From Selaginella moellendorffii (lineage: Eukaryota > Plantae > Lycopodiophyta): a stretch of 64,000 bases of DNA. The stretch lies in the NCBI RefSeq assembly GCF_000143415.4, contig NW_003314283.1, positions 382,752 to 446,751 on the forward strand, given 5' to 3'. Shown piece after piece: positions 33,345 to 45,600 of the stretch. Each line of letters opens with the position of its first letter. Positions within the stretch are counted from its first letter, which is position 1. The notes under the pieces were generated by a model. The model ran no database searches. It was not told the DNA's origin and saw only the letters and a list, made by a program, of their open reading frames with translations. The position numbers and the translations under genes were made by a program.

Positions 33345-35369
33345 TTATTCTATTGGAGTGACTTCTTGGCTATTGGATGTCAATGGTGTGGTGGCAGGAT
33401 TCCTCGTCTTTGGAATGGGCTCTAAACTTGGCGGCGATTCCCAGCTGCTCCACCGTGTCCACAACATGTTTGAGCCTGGCCGTGGTTTCCAGGAGGAGGA
33501 ACACAAAGGTGGCAAGCGAGAAGTTATTGGCACTTTCCATGTTGTAGTCGAATGTGCAAGTGAGAGGCCCACTGTGGGCAATGATCCTGTCTCTCTTGTC
33601 AAACTCGAATATAGGATCCTCCATGGGGGATGATGGTGTTAGGGGTCCACTCCAGGGAATAAAATTGTCAGTGTCGATGGCTATGGGCAGCCTGTGAGCC
33701 TTGCTTTTGATGATGGTGTCGCTCAATCTGATGTTCACGAATAGGGTTGAGTGGCGCTGGATGGATCTCTGGAGCTCGAATGCGGCCTGATTAACGTCGC
33801 TAAGCAGCTGGCTTGCGGGCTTGTTTTGCTGCATCCTCTTGAGATTGTTGCCTACTTCGGTGATTACTTTGTTGATCTCTTTGCTGACGGCGTAAATCTT
33901 CTTCTCGAAGCACCGCCTCAGCTCTATTGGTGCCTGATCATCAAAAGTTCAGACACTTTGTTAGTGGTTTTCTTTTCAAAAAGTGTGCTACACGTACTTT
34001 TGACTTTGATGTGAGGCAGCCATGCAATGCCATTGCTGTGTAGGAACAATGTCTAAGAGCTGTCCCAACTTTTATGTAGTGTCCCCACGGGTATTTTATG
34101 TTGAAGTCGCCGTGTGGAGGTTCCCAAGTTGCAAAGTTTGCCTGAAAGTATTCTATTTGTCAGCTTGGCTCATCAAAATCCTTTCGATAGCAAATCTTAC
34201 AAGGGAGTCCTCGTGGCTCTTCGACGTGAAAAGAGAATTATACTTTTTGTATGTGGCATCGCTTACGTCAGTCACAAGCTTTTCTTCAGCTTTCGGATCA
34301 AAATACATCTCCACTGTTTCTGAGGAAACGTAATAGGATTAGATCTTATAACATGATTGAATAATTGTTAAGTTAGACTTGCCTTCTAGCGATTCAGCCA
34401 GTTTGGAGAAGTTTTTGGAGGTCAGTTCATGAAGCTCATCACCAGCCCAGATTGGATAAATAAATGTGGTTGTGAAAAGGGAGACAGAACAACCAACAGT
34501 TATCATGTACAATCGAGACGATGCAATCTCAACCGGATGCAGGCTGGAGTTTGTAGAGATCATGAGCAAGCTGAAAGTAAGAAGGAAAACAAGAAGTCCA
34601 TAGTCATATCGGGCCTTCATTTTGGGGACAAACCGCAGAAACGTTGCCACCACTCCTATATACACAGCAAAACTTCCATGAGAAAAGTGCTGTTCATTTT
34701 AAAATCTTCTCCAAACTTACCAACAAAAAATATGGCAATGCAAGCAACTGCTTTGTAGCCTGCTGCGCCTCCAATTTCAGCTAATTGGCTGATACCAAGT
34801 ACCAAAACTCCGGCAAAGAAAGTTCCAGTCACTCGATTGAGTCCTTTGCAGTAAGTTGCCCCTGGAAGAGAAAAACCATCAGTAATAACCCACTTCTCCA
34901 AAAGAAATTTTGTACCAGTTGTAAACTCAAAGATCACCACCACGGACATGATCGCCCAGATTCCATTGTGTCCCACAAAGTCCTCGGTGTGGATGAAAAG
35001 AGTGTATAGAGCGGTAATAATTAGCGCGAGCGCCACCTTGAATGCATGGATGATCTTCCTTCTATCGTTGGCGGCAATTGCACGGAGCTGCCCAAACGTA
35101 GAGCACACGGCACCGTATGCGTACGACACCACGTACGGAATCGCGCGCATCCAGCTGAGAATGACCCCAAACTTTTGGCTAGTGCTCCTAGCAAAGTGGT
35201 TCGTCACTGGGTCATTGTCCGTGCGTGCAAGCGTGACATCCTCGGGAAACACTCTTGAAGATCGTTCCGCTCGGGTGCTCATGCCTTGAAGTTCTTGTTG
35301 GTGACTTGGATTCGGAGGGAGTGGCGCTACAACGGCCGCGGGATGATCGTGGTCAAGTGATGGTATCAT
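33345..35369 (-). CDS. Aluminium-activated malate transporter (ALMT family), multi-exon
   Basis: DRRKIIHAFKVALAL, WAIMSVVVIFEFT, KGLNRVTGT, KARYDYGLLVFLLTFSL, PIWAGDELH and SLATFVFLL. Confidence 0.92.
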
Positions 35370-36688
35370 TTTGAGAGTTGCTAGAGAGTAAGTGCACGAA
35401 ACATAAACCAGGTGGTGACGACTTTGGTGCCAGCCGGCCTTTGCATTGGCTCTGCATTCAAGAGCTGAAACAAGAGCTACTACTCATCATATTGCTCTAA
35501 CTTCGCCCTACAAACTTGGAAATTCTGAAGAGAATTGTTTGCAACTGCTAAGGTTTATAAACAGCTCGGTCTAAACCCACAAGCTCATCAAACAAGTGTT
35601 CTCCAGATGAAATACAGCTGTGAATTCTTGCGCTGCCAGGGGAACTCCAGATGGATTTGGCACGCTGCCGAAAGTTTGAGTCGTCCGGTCTTTATATTCC
35701 AAGGATGTTGACACTGGCCCCATACTGCCGCTAGATTCGTTTGTGCACCTAAAATGCGAATTCAATGGTGGATCTATGGGATTGGACCAAGACATATGGA
35801 TATACTTTCCTTGTAAAAGATTATTGTTTTCCTCATCATTAGTTAACCAGGTTATTAGATCAATAGTTTATTTAAGAGTTTTACTAGACAGCACCAGACT
35901 GTACATTATATTCCTAATGGATTTTAGTCCCATGAGCTCGGGAGATTACTGAGGCCACGAAAATGAGACATTGATTAAGGCCCATGCTTATCACTGGTCA
36001 TAATCTTTCTTAGATAGCATTACACATTGTTTATGTTTCACTTATGGAGAACATTGAGTGTTTGTCTCCATCATGGGCAGCGATGGAATCTAGCGCATCT
36101 GGATTGCAAGGAGCAGAAATTTTTGACCACATACATGGTTGTTATTTGTGGTTGCCAACTTTATTTTCGATCTTGATTTATTTTTATCTATTATCTTTTT
36201 CTAGAGAGATGCTTCAGTGACCAGTACTTTACAGTACTCACCGGACGGTACTTCTGTCTCGCATGCAGGAACGAAAAATTATCCACGAATATGCTACAGT
36301 TTTAATGGCTGAAGCTAGCATTGCCTGCCACTTTGATTTCTTTTGCAAAATTTAAAGCAATGGCTGCGTTCCACTAGTGCATGCTTTAGGGCATGACGAA
36401 GTGGAAAGATGGTACCGCACGGGGTGAAAAGTGCTGCACTTCTCTTTTCACTGTCAAAGGTTTCAAAGATCTGTAATCTTGAAGTGGCAAGGAATTCTAA
36501 CCAGACAAGTGGCTTACCTCTCAGGTAAGCTGAACTCAAAATACTCGAATTTATAGTTATAAAAGAATTACTTTGGTTTAAGTCAAATTCATTTTTAATT
36601 AAAATATGTAAAAGAAAATACCTTTTTAATTATTAATACCTCAATTGGTTGTTTGATCTTATCAGGACTTATCAAGTTTACTATTTCA

Positions 36689-38761
36689 ATGGAACTGGTA
36701 GCGGCTAGCAGCGAAGTTCCACTCCAGCTAGGGATGGAGAACCTAGAGAATCAATGTGTGGGAATTTCCCGGTACGTGAGCTTGATAAAGCACTGTGCGC
36801 AATCCAAATCCCTAGCAGAAGGCAAGTGCATCCATCAACAAGTGAGAACATTGGATCTTGAGGGAAACTTGTCCATTGGCAGCAGTCTTTTGAAAATGTA
36901 TCTTCAGTGTGGGAGTTTGGATGGTGCTCGAGTAGCATTTACCAGGATGGATCTAACTGAACCAGAGAGCTGGAATGCGGCAATCGCAGCTTTTGCCCAA
37001 GAGGGGCATTACTCAGAAGCTATGAAAGTCTTTGAGAGAATGAAGGAGCTGGGATCTGTGGCTCCAAACAGCATCACCATCGTTACTGTTCTCAATGTTC
37101 TCAAGCTTCTTCCTCTGGATTTTAAGTCGCTGGCCATTGCCCGGGAGATCCACACGACAATCCTTGCGAAAAAGAAGGAGATGGATGCTTGTGTGGCGAC
37201 TTCGCTCATGAGCTTGTACGGGAGATTTGGCTGTTTGCCGGAGGCCGAGTCAATCTTCCAGAGTTTGGGTTTTAAAGATCGTGTCTCTTGGAGCGTGATG
37301 ATCTCAGCATATGCTCATAATGGTCGCAAGGATTTGGCGCTGGGATTCTTCCGAGAGATGCAGTTTGAGGGGATGAAGCCAAACCAGATTGTTTTCGTGA
37401 ATGTTCTCAATGCTTTGGGTTCTCCAGGGGATCTTCTAGATGGCGAGAGGATTCACTCGTTGGTGATTCAAGCGGGAATGCAAAACAAGGTGATCCTTGC
37501 CACAGCGCTGATCACCATGTATGGAAGATGTGGATCTCCAGCAGCATCAATCCGTGTGTTCAGAAGAACAAATCCCAAAGACTTGATCTTGTGGAACTCC
37601 ATGATCGGGGCCTATGCTCACAACGGGGAGTTTGAGAAATCCATGAGAATCTTCCACCAGCTTCTCAAAGCTGCTCCAAACCGGGTCACCTTTCTCACAC
37701 TCCTGGGAGGACTTGGCACGTCCAACGAAAACGCCCGCCATGCAAAGGTGGTGGAGCGCGAGATTACGTCCCGCGGGCTGGGTACGGACGCCGTGGTGGC
37801 AACCGCGCTGGTGAGCGCGTACGGCAAGTGTGGCCACGCCGGTGAGGCGCGCAGAATATTCGACGGCATCGAGCCCAGGAATGTGGTCTCCTGGAACTCC
37901 ATGATCTCGGCCTACGCCCACAGCCATCGGCATGAGCTCGCGCTAGATCTCTACCATCGGATGCTCCACGAGGGCGTGAATCCAACGGTGGTCACGTTCG
38001 TGGCGGCGCTGGGCGCTTGCTCGGAGCTTGCCGACGTGGCGGAGGGCGGGAAGATTATCTCCTGCGTGACCGATTCCGGGTTCGAGCTCGACCACGTCCT
38101 CGGTACGGCTGTGGTGGACATGTACGGCAAGTGTGGAAACTTACGTCGAGCTCGCGAGATCTTCGATGGGATGAAGAAGAAAGACGTGGTTGTGTGGAGC
38201 GCTCTCGCGGCCGCTTACTCCCACCACGGGACCGATCGATCGCAGCTCCACACTGCTCTCAAAGTCTTCCACTGGATGCAGCAAGAGGGCGTTCGTCCTG
38301 GCAGCGTAGCGTTTCTCGGAGTTCTCTCGGCGTGTAGAAACGCCGGGCTTGTGGATCAAGGCTGCGCGTACTTCTCGTCGATCACTTCCGACCATGGACT
38401 GGAAGTTACCAGCGAGCAGCTTGGGTGTGTGGTGGATCTTCTGGGACGAGCTGGATGGCTGGCGGAGGCGGAGGCGTTGGCGGCGAGGATGGCTGGGGGA
38501 GGAGATAGCTGCGCTTGGATGATGCTGCTGGGAGCGTGCAGGGATGGCCGGGATGTGGAGAGAGCGAAACGGGCAGCCGAGAGAGTTTTGGAGCGGGATC
38601 CGAAGAATGCAATGGCTTACGTGATGTTGTCACAGGTGTATGCTGCCGAGGGGAGGATGGACGATGCCAGGAGCGTGAGAAGAATGATGGAGGAGAGGGG
38701 GATTCATATTAGCAGGAGCAAAACGGAGGAGTTTACCTCGCTACAGGCTTTCTTCCAGTAA
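36689..38761 (+). CDS. PLS-class pentatricopeptide repeat protein (E-type C-terminus, no DYW)
   Basis: Repeated ALVSAYGKCG...ARRIFD...VVSWNSMISAYA motifs, ending WMMLLGACR...YVMLSQVYA. Confidence 0.92.
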   Translation: MELVAASSEVPLQLGMENLENQCVGISRYVSLIKHCAQSKSLAEGKCIHQQVRTLDLEGNLSIGSSLLKMYLQCGSLDGARVAFTRMDLTEPESWNAAIAAFAQEGHYSEAMKVFERMKELGSVAPNSITIVTVLNVLKLLPLDFKSLAIAREIHTTILAKKKEMDACVATSLMSLYGRFGCLPEAESIFQSLGFKDRVSWSVMISAYAHNGRKDLALGFFREMQFEGMKPNQIVFVNVLNALGSPGDLLDGERIHSLVIQAGMQNKVILATALITMYGRCGSPAASIRVFRRTNPKDLILWNSMIGAYAHNGEFEKSMRIFHQLLKAAPNRVTFLTLLGGLGTSNENARHAKVVEREITSRGLGTDAVVATALVSAYGKCGHAGEARRIFDGIEPRNVVSWNSMISAYAHSHRHELALDLYHRMLHEGVNPTVVTFVAALGACSELADVAEGGKIISCVTDSGFELDHVLGTAVVDMYGKCGNLRRAREIFDGMKKKDVVVWSALAAAYSHHGTDRSQLHTALKVFHWMQQEGVRPGSVAFLGVLSACRNAGLVDQGCAYFSSITSDHGLEVTSEQLGCVVDLLGRAGWLAEAEALAARMAGGGDSCAWMMLLGACRDGRDVERAKRAAERVLERDPKNAMAYVMLSQVYAAEGRMDDARSVRRMMEERGIHISRSKTEEFTSLQAFFQ

Positions 38762-40255
38762 TGACTGCGAATTTGATAAGACCGCTTTTGTAGCCTTGTA
38801 TCATGTAAGTCATTGCAAAGGCTCCTCGGATTGTTGTCCAGCCTGAAAGCTTTTGTTAGGCATGAAAGCTTGGAAACGAGAAGTTTACACAACCTGATCT
38901 TAGAAGGCCGAAAAGCGCTTTCGGGTTGAGTGCTGAAGCGATCACTGCCGGCCAGAATGGACTCACATACACGGACCAATCCTCGGCTCTAACATCCTGT
39001 GAAAAGCGTCAGTCTTTGGTGCTTACAAAGGAGCATTAAATTCACCTCCAGCTGCAGTTCTTTTGCAAGCTCCACATAGTCGAAAGCCGAGCACCACGCT
39101 GGTAAGTAGTACGCGCTGCAAATCTTGTCCAAGAGCTCCTGAGCGTGTTATAACGGGATGAAACAAAAAGAACATACAGAACGACACAAGAACCTGCTCT
39201 TCTTTTCGGAGGGACGACTCTTCGGGAGAAAGATCTCTGTGGCACCATGTAACAATTAGCAGACGACCACCAGGAGCAGCCACTCTCACCAATTCTTGCA
39301 TGAACTAAGGAACGCTACTGTCAGCATCTGAGGAGCTTCCAGTACCAAATGGAGCTTACTTTCCGCTTGTCTGGCATATGCTCCCCGCTCTCCATCGACC
39401 ACACGAGATCAAATTCGTTGTCTGGAAACGGCTGGTTCAAAGCATCCGCGACTTGAAACGACACCTGAAATCCAGAGAAGAAAACACTCAAGTCAGTTCA
39501 CTATATTTCATACAAGCCAACGAAACCTTTTCCCCAAGTCCTGCTTCGGCTGTGATATTGTTTGCTCTTTGAGCTTGCACGGGACTAAGCGTGATCCCTC
39601 TGACCATTGCCGAATACTTCCTGGACAAATGTCGAGCACTGCCTCCAATCCCACAACCAACGTCCACAATTTTCTTCGGTTTCTCTTCGTCAGCTACCAA
39701 GAAATAGGAAAAAACAAAAGCAAAGACTCAAAAGAAAGAAAGAAAAGACTCGGGCGATCAAGATCCAGGAACAAACATAACATCCAGCAACGAACACAAC
39801 AAGTTAAAATCACATAACCACAGGTAGTCCAAGAAAAAAAACAAAAACATAGAACACACACACACACACACACTCACAAATGCTCAAGCGTGAAAGCTCT
39901 TACCTGGAATGCCGGCCCACGCCAAGGCCTCCTCGATCATTCTCACCTGTGCCGCCCTGTGATCGCCTTTGAGCGGCTTCCCGGGATCGTAGAATCCGTG
40001 GTGCATATGCTCGCCCCACACATCCTCCCACACACTAGACGAGGAATCGTAGAACCTGGCAATGCCGCGATTGAGCTCCTCCGGCACTGGCGGCCCCTTG
40101 CTCGTGACCGCCGTCATTGCCGCTCCCGTGGAATCAGATCCAGCGGCCGAAATCTTGTGCTGCGACAGCGGCATCGATCGAAATCCCCACAGCCATGGCG
40201 TTGGCCGGCTAGAGCAGGAATGCGCGGTCGCGGCCCCAGGGCAAGAGGAAGCCAT
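38733..40255 (-). CDS. VTE4: Gamma-tocopherol methyltransferase, multi-exon
   Basis: Transit peptide, WEDVWGEHMHHGFYD, IVDVGCGIGGS, SMESGEHMPDK, RVAAPGG..VTWCHR and GWTTIRGA...GLIKFAVITGRKP. Confidence 0.92.
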
Positions 40256-40430
40256 AGCTGTGACGTCCCCCCAAAATCACTTATAAAGAGAGGATAAAAG
40301 TTAACCCGTGAGCAAAGATCCATGGTCACGAGAAACCCGGAAGCCCTAGATGCGATAGAAGATTCTTCCAGTTTAAATTTTAGGGCTCGTTCAACTCTAG
40401 ATGCGAGAGAAGATTCTTCCGGTTTGAATT

Positions 40431-42488
40431 TTAGGGCTTCTCGCAGTAGACGTTCCTGAGCAAGACGTAGGTCGCGGCGCCTTTGCGGTCCAGATCGAGC
40501 GCGCACTGCGCGGCCCGGGCGGCCGCATCGACGTTCTTGTGGTTGTTGCAAGCGCCCATGAAGCAGATCCAGTCCTTGGCGATGGGCTCAAAGGGCATTT
40601 GGAGGATGAGATCCTCGGCGGCCCACAAATGCCCCGCGCGGCCCAGCGTGTCGATCACGCACCCGAATTGCTGCTTGGAGGCGCTCAATCCGTGGTCGAA
40701 GATCATCGAGTAGAAGAAGGAGTGGGCGATCTTGACGTTGCCTTTGTGGATGCAGCTGAGGAGAACGCAGGTGAATGCGGCCTCGTCCGGAGAGAAGCCC
40801 TCGATTCTCATCTGCCCAAACAGCTCCCAAGCAAATCGCGGCAAACCACAATTGGAGTACATCGCGAGCATCACAACCCACGAAGCCACACTCTGCTCTG
40901 GGCTCGAATTGAAAAGAAATTTTGCTCGGAGAATCTGGCCGTTCTGAGCGAGCGCCGAGAGCATCGAGTTCCAGGACACAACGTCCCGTGACGGCATGGA
41001 GTAAAATATTCTCTTCGATTCTAAAAGATGCCCGTTTTGGGCATATGCTGCGAGCCTAGCGGTCCACGAGATCTGGTTCTTCTCGGGCATCTTTTCAAAT
41101 ATTCCTTCCGCATCTATAAGCTTGTCGCTAAGAGCGTACGCCGAAAGCATTGAGTTCCACGAGACGCGATCGTGAAAGGGCATTGTGTCGAATATAAACT
41201 TAGATTCTTCCAGATACCCGTTTTGGGCATATGATGCGAGCATCGCGTTCCAAGAGACAAGGTTGCGGCAGGGCATATCATCAAATATCTGTTTAGACTT
41301 GGAAAGATTATGGTTCTGAGAATATGCCGAGAGCATCGCGGTCCAAGATACCACGTCCCTCTCTGGCATCCGGTCAAAGAGAGCTTTAGATTCCTCCAGA
41401 TGCCCTCGCTTGGCATGCGCTGTAAGCTTTGCATTCCATGACACGAGATTCCTACACGGCATTTTCACAAACAATGATTTGACCTCATTAAGATTCCCAG
41501 TTTGCGCAGTTGAAAAGAGAATTGTATTCCAGGAGATCAAATCCCTCTCAGGCATAGAATCAAACAGAATCTTCGTTTGATCCACTTGCCCCATTTGAGC
41601 GTGTGCTGCGATGATAGAATTCCACGAAGAAAGGCTTCGCTCGGGCATGGTGTCGAATATTCGCCTTGCTTCGTTTAGATCCCCGTCTTGGGAGAAAGCC
41701 GTTAACATCACATTGAGAGAAAGAACGTTGTGCCCGGGCATGGAATCAAACACGCGCCTGGCCTCGTCCAAATGCCGCGTTTGGGCAAATACGCAAAGCA
41801 AGGTGTTCCATGTTATAAAATTTGGCTGGGGCATCTTCACGAACGTGGAGAGGGCATCCTGGAGATTCCCCGCCTTGGCTATAGCGGCGATCAGGGTGTT
41901 CCAGGAGACCTCGTTTCTCTCCGCCATGGCTTCGAAGATCGAGCGCGCGGCGGCTAGGTTGCCATTGTAGGCGTAGGCGGCGAGCATGAGATTCCAGGGG
42001 AAGATGTCCTTGGTGGGGATGGAATCGAAGACGGCGCGCGCGGATTCTGGATCGCCGCAGTTGCCATACATCTCGACGAGCAGGTTGGAGAGGTAGAGGC
42101 TGCGCTCCGGCGATTGGCGCTGGTGCTGGGCGATGAGCGCGTGGATGCGCGGCGCGACCGCGCTGCTGCGGCAGGATTTCGCGATCAAGCAGCATTCTTT
42201 GAGGTCCATGGGATTTCCATCAAGAAGGTCGGTCAGGGTTTTGGGGGCGCGTCTATCTTGATCGCGATGCGATCGATCAATGGGGCAGGCATCTAGATCG
42301 AATGCCGTCTTTCTCGATCGATCGGGTGAAATTTCACTACCAGGTGATGGATGAGTCGCAAGAACAGGTGTAGAGATCTTGGGATTGAGACGAGTCACTG
42401 GGGAATAAGAGATTACTTCGCGAGATGGGGCTTTGCGAGAATTTCCATTTCCAGGAGAGATGATCCAGCCGAGAGAATCGTCCAGCAT
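40431..42488 (-). CDS. PPR protein with a long run of short (about 31-aa) repeats
   Basis: Many FDSMPERDLISWN-type repeats and an E-like C-terminus. The true start may be a downstream Met near 42209. Confidence 0.9.
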   Translation of the reverse strand: MLDDSLGWIISPGNGNSRKAPSREVISYSPVTRLNPKISTPVLATHPSPGSEISPDRSRKTAFDLDACPIDRSHRDQDRRAPKTLTDLLDGNPMDLKECCLIAKSCRSSAVAPRIHALIAQHQRQSPERSLYLSNLLVEMYGNCGDPESARAVFDSIPTKDIFPWNLMLAAYAYNGNLAAARSIFEAMAERNEVSWNTLIAAIAKAGNLQDALSTFVKMPQPNFITWNTLLCVFAQTRHLDEARRVFDSMPGHNVLSLNVMLTAFSQDGDLNEARRIFDTMPERSLSSWNSIIAAHAQMGQVDQTKILFDSMPERDLISWNTILFSTAQTGNLNEVKSLFVKMPCRNLVSWNAKLTAHAKRGHLEESKALFDRMPERDVVSWTAMLSAYSQNHNLSKSKQIFDDMPCRNLVSWNAMLASYAQNGYLEESKFIFDTMPFHDRVSWNSMLSAYALSDKLIDAEGIFEKMPEKNQISWTARLAAYAQNGHLLESKRIFYSMPSRDVVSWNSMLSALAQNGQILRAKFLFNSSPEQSVASWVVMLAMYSNCGLPRFAWELFGQMRIEGFSPDEAAFTCVLLSCIHKGNVKIAHSFFYSMIFDHGLSASKQQFGCVIDTLGRAGHLWAAEDLILQMPFEPIAKDWICFMGACNNHKNVDAAARAAQCALDLDRKGAATYVLLRNVYCEKP

Positions 42489-42690
42489 TTATGGAAGTTC
42501 TTCAATAGGGGACGTAACCACGAAAAGGACCGGGGAATATCCTTTTGGCGGATCAAAGCTACACATCACTAGGCATGTTTCACGACTCATCAGCACAGAG
42601 AGCGTGATCGAGATTTTAAAGACGCGACTGCCAAGAAGGGATTGAGCTGCCTAGTTGCCACTACTAGGTGTTCTTCCGGGGTTGGCGATC

Positions 42691-45600
42691 ATGGCACTGG
42701 GGAACGGTGTTTTGGGTGTTCTCAAGGAAGAGAAGAATAAGTGGGAGAGGAGAGCTCCGCTCACGCCGACACACTGTGGAAGGCTGCTGCGAAGTGGAGC
42801 TGTGGAGAGAATCATCGTCCAGCCATGCAGCAAGCGGATTCACAGAGACTACGAGTATGAGGACGCTGGCTGCGAGGTCTCGGAGGACTTATCTCAATGT
42901 GGTCTTATTCTGGGGGTCAAGCAACCCAAGGTCTGTGTGTTGGATTCTTTCGTTTTTCATTGTTGCTTGCTTTTCTCTGTCTTGCAGCTTGGCACTCTGC
43001 TGGAAGACAGGGCTTATGGATTTTTTTCTCACACCCACAAAGCACAGCCTCAAAACATGCCTCTCCTGGACGAGGTAAGCGAGAAAACGAGCTTGTATAT
43101 TCAATCTGGCTATCCATTTCTCGTGGTCAGGTGCTTGGAAAGCGTGTTTTACTCTACGACTATGAGCTTATTGTCGACGATCATGGTAAACGACTTGTTG
43201 CGTTTGGGGAGTACGCTGGAAGAGCCGGAATGATTGATTTTTTTCGGGGGCTTGGTGAAAGTAAGCCGTTTGATTTTGTGTTGTTTACAGAAGATTGATG
43301 ATTGAAATTTGTAGGACTTTTGAGCCTCGGGTACTCAACGCCGTTTGTTTCGTTGGGGTCCTCGTATATGTACATGTCATTGAGTGCGGCTAAAGCTGCA
43401 GTGCTCATGGTCGGGGATGCCATTTCAAGCAGTGGTCTTCCACAGGAATTGTGTCCGCTGGTGTTTGTATTTACCGGTTCTGGAAATGGTAAGACTTTTC
43501 TTTGTGTACATGGTAACAGATTTTTCGTTCTTTTTGCCAGTTTCACGAGGTGCTCAGGAGATTTTGAATCTTCTTCCGCATGAGTATGTGCACCCTTCCC
43601 AACTTAAGGTTTGGTGAACAGTTATGTTAGGAAAAAAACCATTTACCGTTCATCTGTGTGTCTGTGTCATAAGGATCTGTCAAACCGACGGATAAGCAAC
43701 CGAAAAGTTTATGCTTCTGTAGTTACTGCGGAGCATATGGTGATACCGAACAACCCCGGGAAACAGTTTAACAAAGTCAGTTTTCATGTGCGTATTCTGT
43801 TGCTAAAATTTCAGTTGCAGGCTGATTACTATGCACATCCCGAGGATTATCATTCAACATTCCACGAGACAATAGCCCCATTTGCGTCTGTGATTGGTAA
43901 TATTTTCTAGAAAAACCTAGAAACCTCAATGCTGATACTTTTATTTTCATCATTTTGCAGTGAATTGTATGTACTGGGAGCATCGATATCCGCAGCTTCT
44001 GACCAACAATCAGTTGCAAGACATGTTTGATAAGCATGCTTCAGAATGTAGGCTATTGGGAGTCTGTGACATAACTTGCGACGTTGAAGGTTCAATCGAG
44101 TGCCTTAAATCAACGACGTGCATCGAGCAACCATATTTCAGGCACATTTTTTTTAAAAAATTTTTTTAATTGACGTGATTTACTTTCTCCTTGGATCGCA
44201 GATACAATCCTGTTACACGTTCGCATCACACGGACCTGGATGGTGAGGGATTACTATTCTTGGCTGTCGACATTCTTCCCACTGAATTTGCAAAAGAGGT
44301 ACACAGGTCTTCACGTGTTTTTAGATTGTTATTATAATCATGCAACAGGCCACCGCGCATTTTGGGAATGTGTTGCAACCTTTTATCAGCACAATGGCAC
44401 GGTGTAAGAATCCCATGGAGGCCGTATCGCCGCTGAGACGAGCATGCATTGCTCACAGTGGCCACCTTAGCCAATTGTTCGACTACATCCAGCGTATTCG
44501 AAATTCTGAAGCTCGGTAAGTTTTCTTACTTTTTTCTCAATGTCGCTGTTTCACTTTTAAGTGATCATGCAGGCTGATGAACGGCACAAGCACATTCACA
44601 ACGAAGGTAAAAAGCATGACTTAAGAAAATCTAAACAGATGTTTTCTAAAACCAGGTGTCACTTAGTGGTCATCTGTTTGACAAGTTTCTGATAAACGAA
44701 GCTTTGGACGTGATTGAAGCAGCTGGAGGCAAATTCCAAATTGCGACGTGCCAGATTGGTCAAACGTGTGATGCCATTTCTTATGCAGAGATTGAAGTAC
44801 GTATGCTTTTTCTCCTGTGAACATATAAGATTTTTGCATTCCAGGTTGCAGCAGAATCAGAAGAGAACTTAAGCCGCATTGTGGACGCTTTATCTACGAT
44901 GGCAACGGGTTCTACAGGAGAGAATCATTGTTCTGAAAAAGCTTCAGTTGTTTCAGAATATACGAACATTCTTATTCTCGGAGCCGGGAGAATGTGTGAG
45001 CCTACATTGATGTACCTCACTGAAAATGCGTTCGAGGACTACGCTGATACGTCAAAGCCGCCCAAGCAAGTTTTTGTTCACGTTGGATCGTTGTATCTTG
45101 AAGACGCATCCAAGGTATGCTTGTCAAGAAGGGAATATATCTTTCCAACTTCTTATTTTCTAATGTATCAGGTGGTTGAGGGTGTCGAAAACGCTCTAGC
45201 AATACAGATTGACGTAATGGATGAGCAACAGCTAAAGAGTCAAGTACAAAAGGTTTTTCCCGGTTTTCATCTTTTTACCTTCCAAAGAAATAATCATATT
45301 GCTTTTCCTCCAGGTTGAAGTTGTGATCAGTTTACTGCCTCCAAGTTTCCACGAGAGAGTCGCGGTTGCCTGCATTGAAGTAAACTGTTCTTCTCTTTTC
45401 TTTTATCCATTTTCACTAATCTTTCTATTCTAGTTAAAAAAGCACCTGGTGACAGCAAGCTATGTAAGCAAAGATATGGCTCTTCTTGATTCAAGAGCTC
45501 AAGCGGCAGGAGTGACATTACTTTGCGAGATGGGGTTGGATCCAGGAATCGGTTCGTATGACGACTTGTGTCTTGTTTTCTAAATGCTTCTTTTGTTTGT

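Noticed and set aside
40347-40440. Tandem duplication of about 51 bp between the PPR stop and the VTE4 start
   Set aside because: A local two-copy duplication with no evidence of function.
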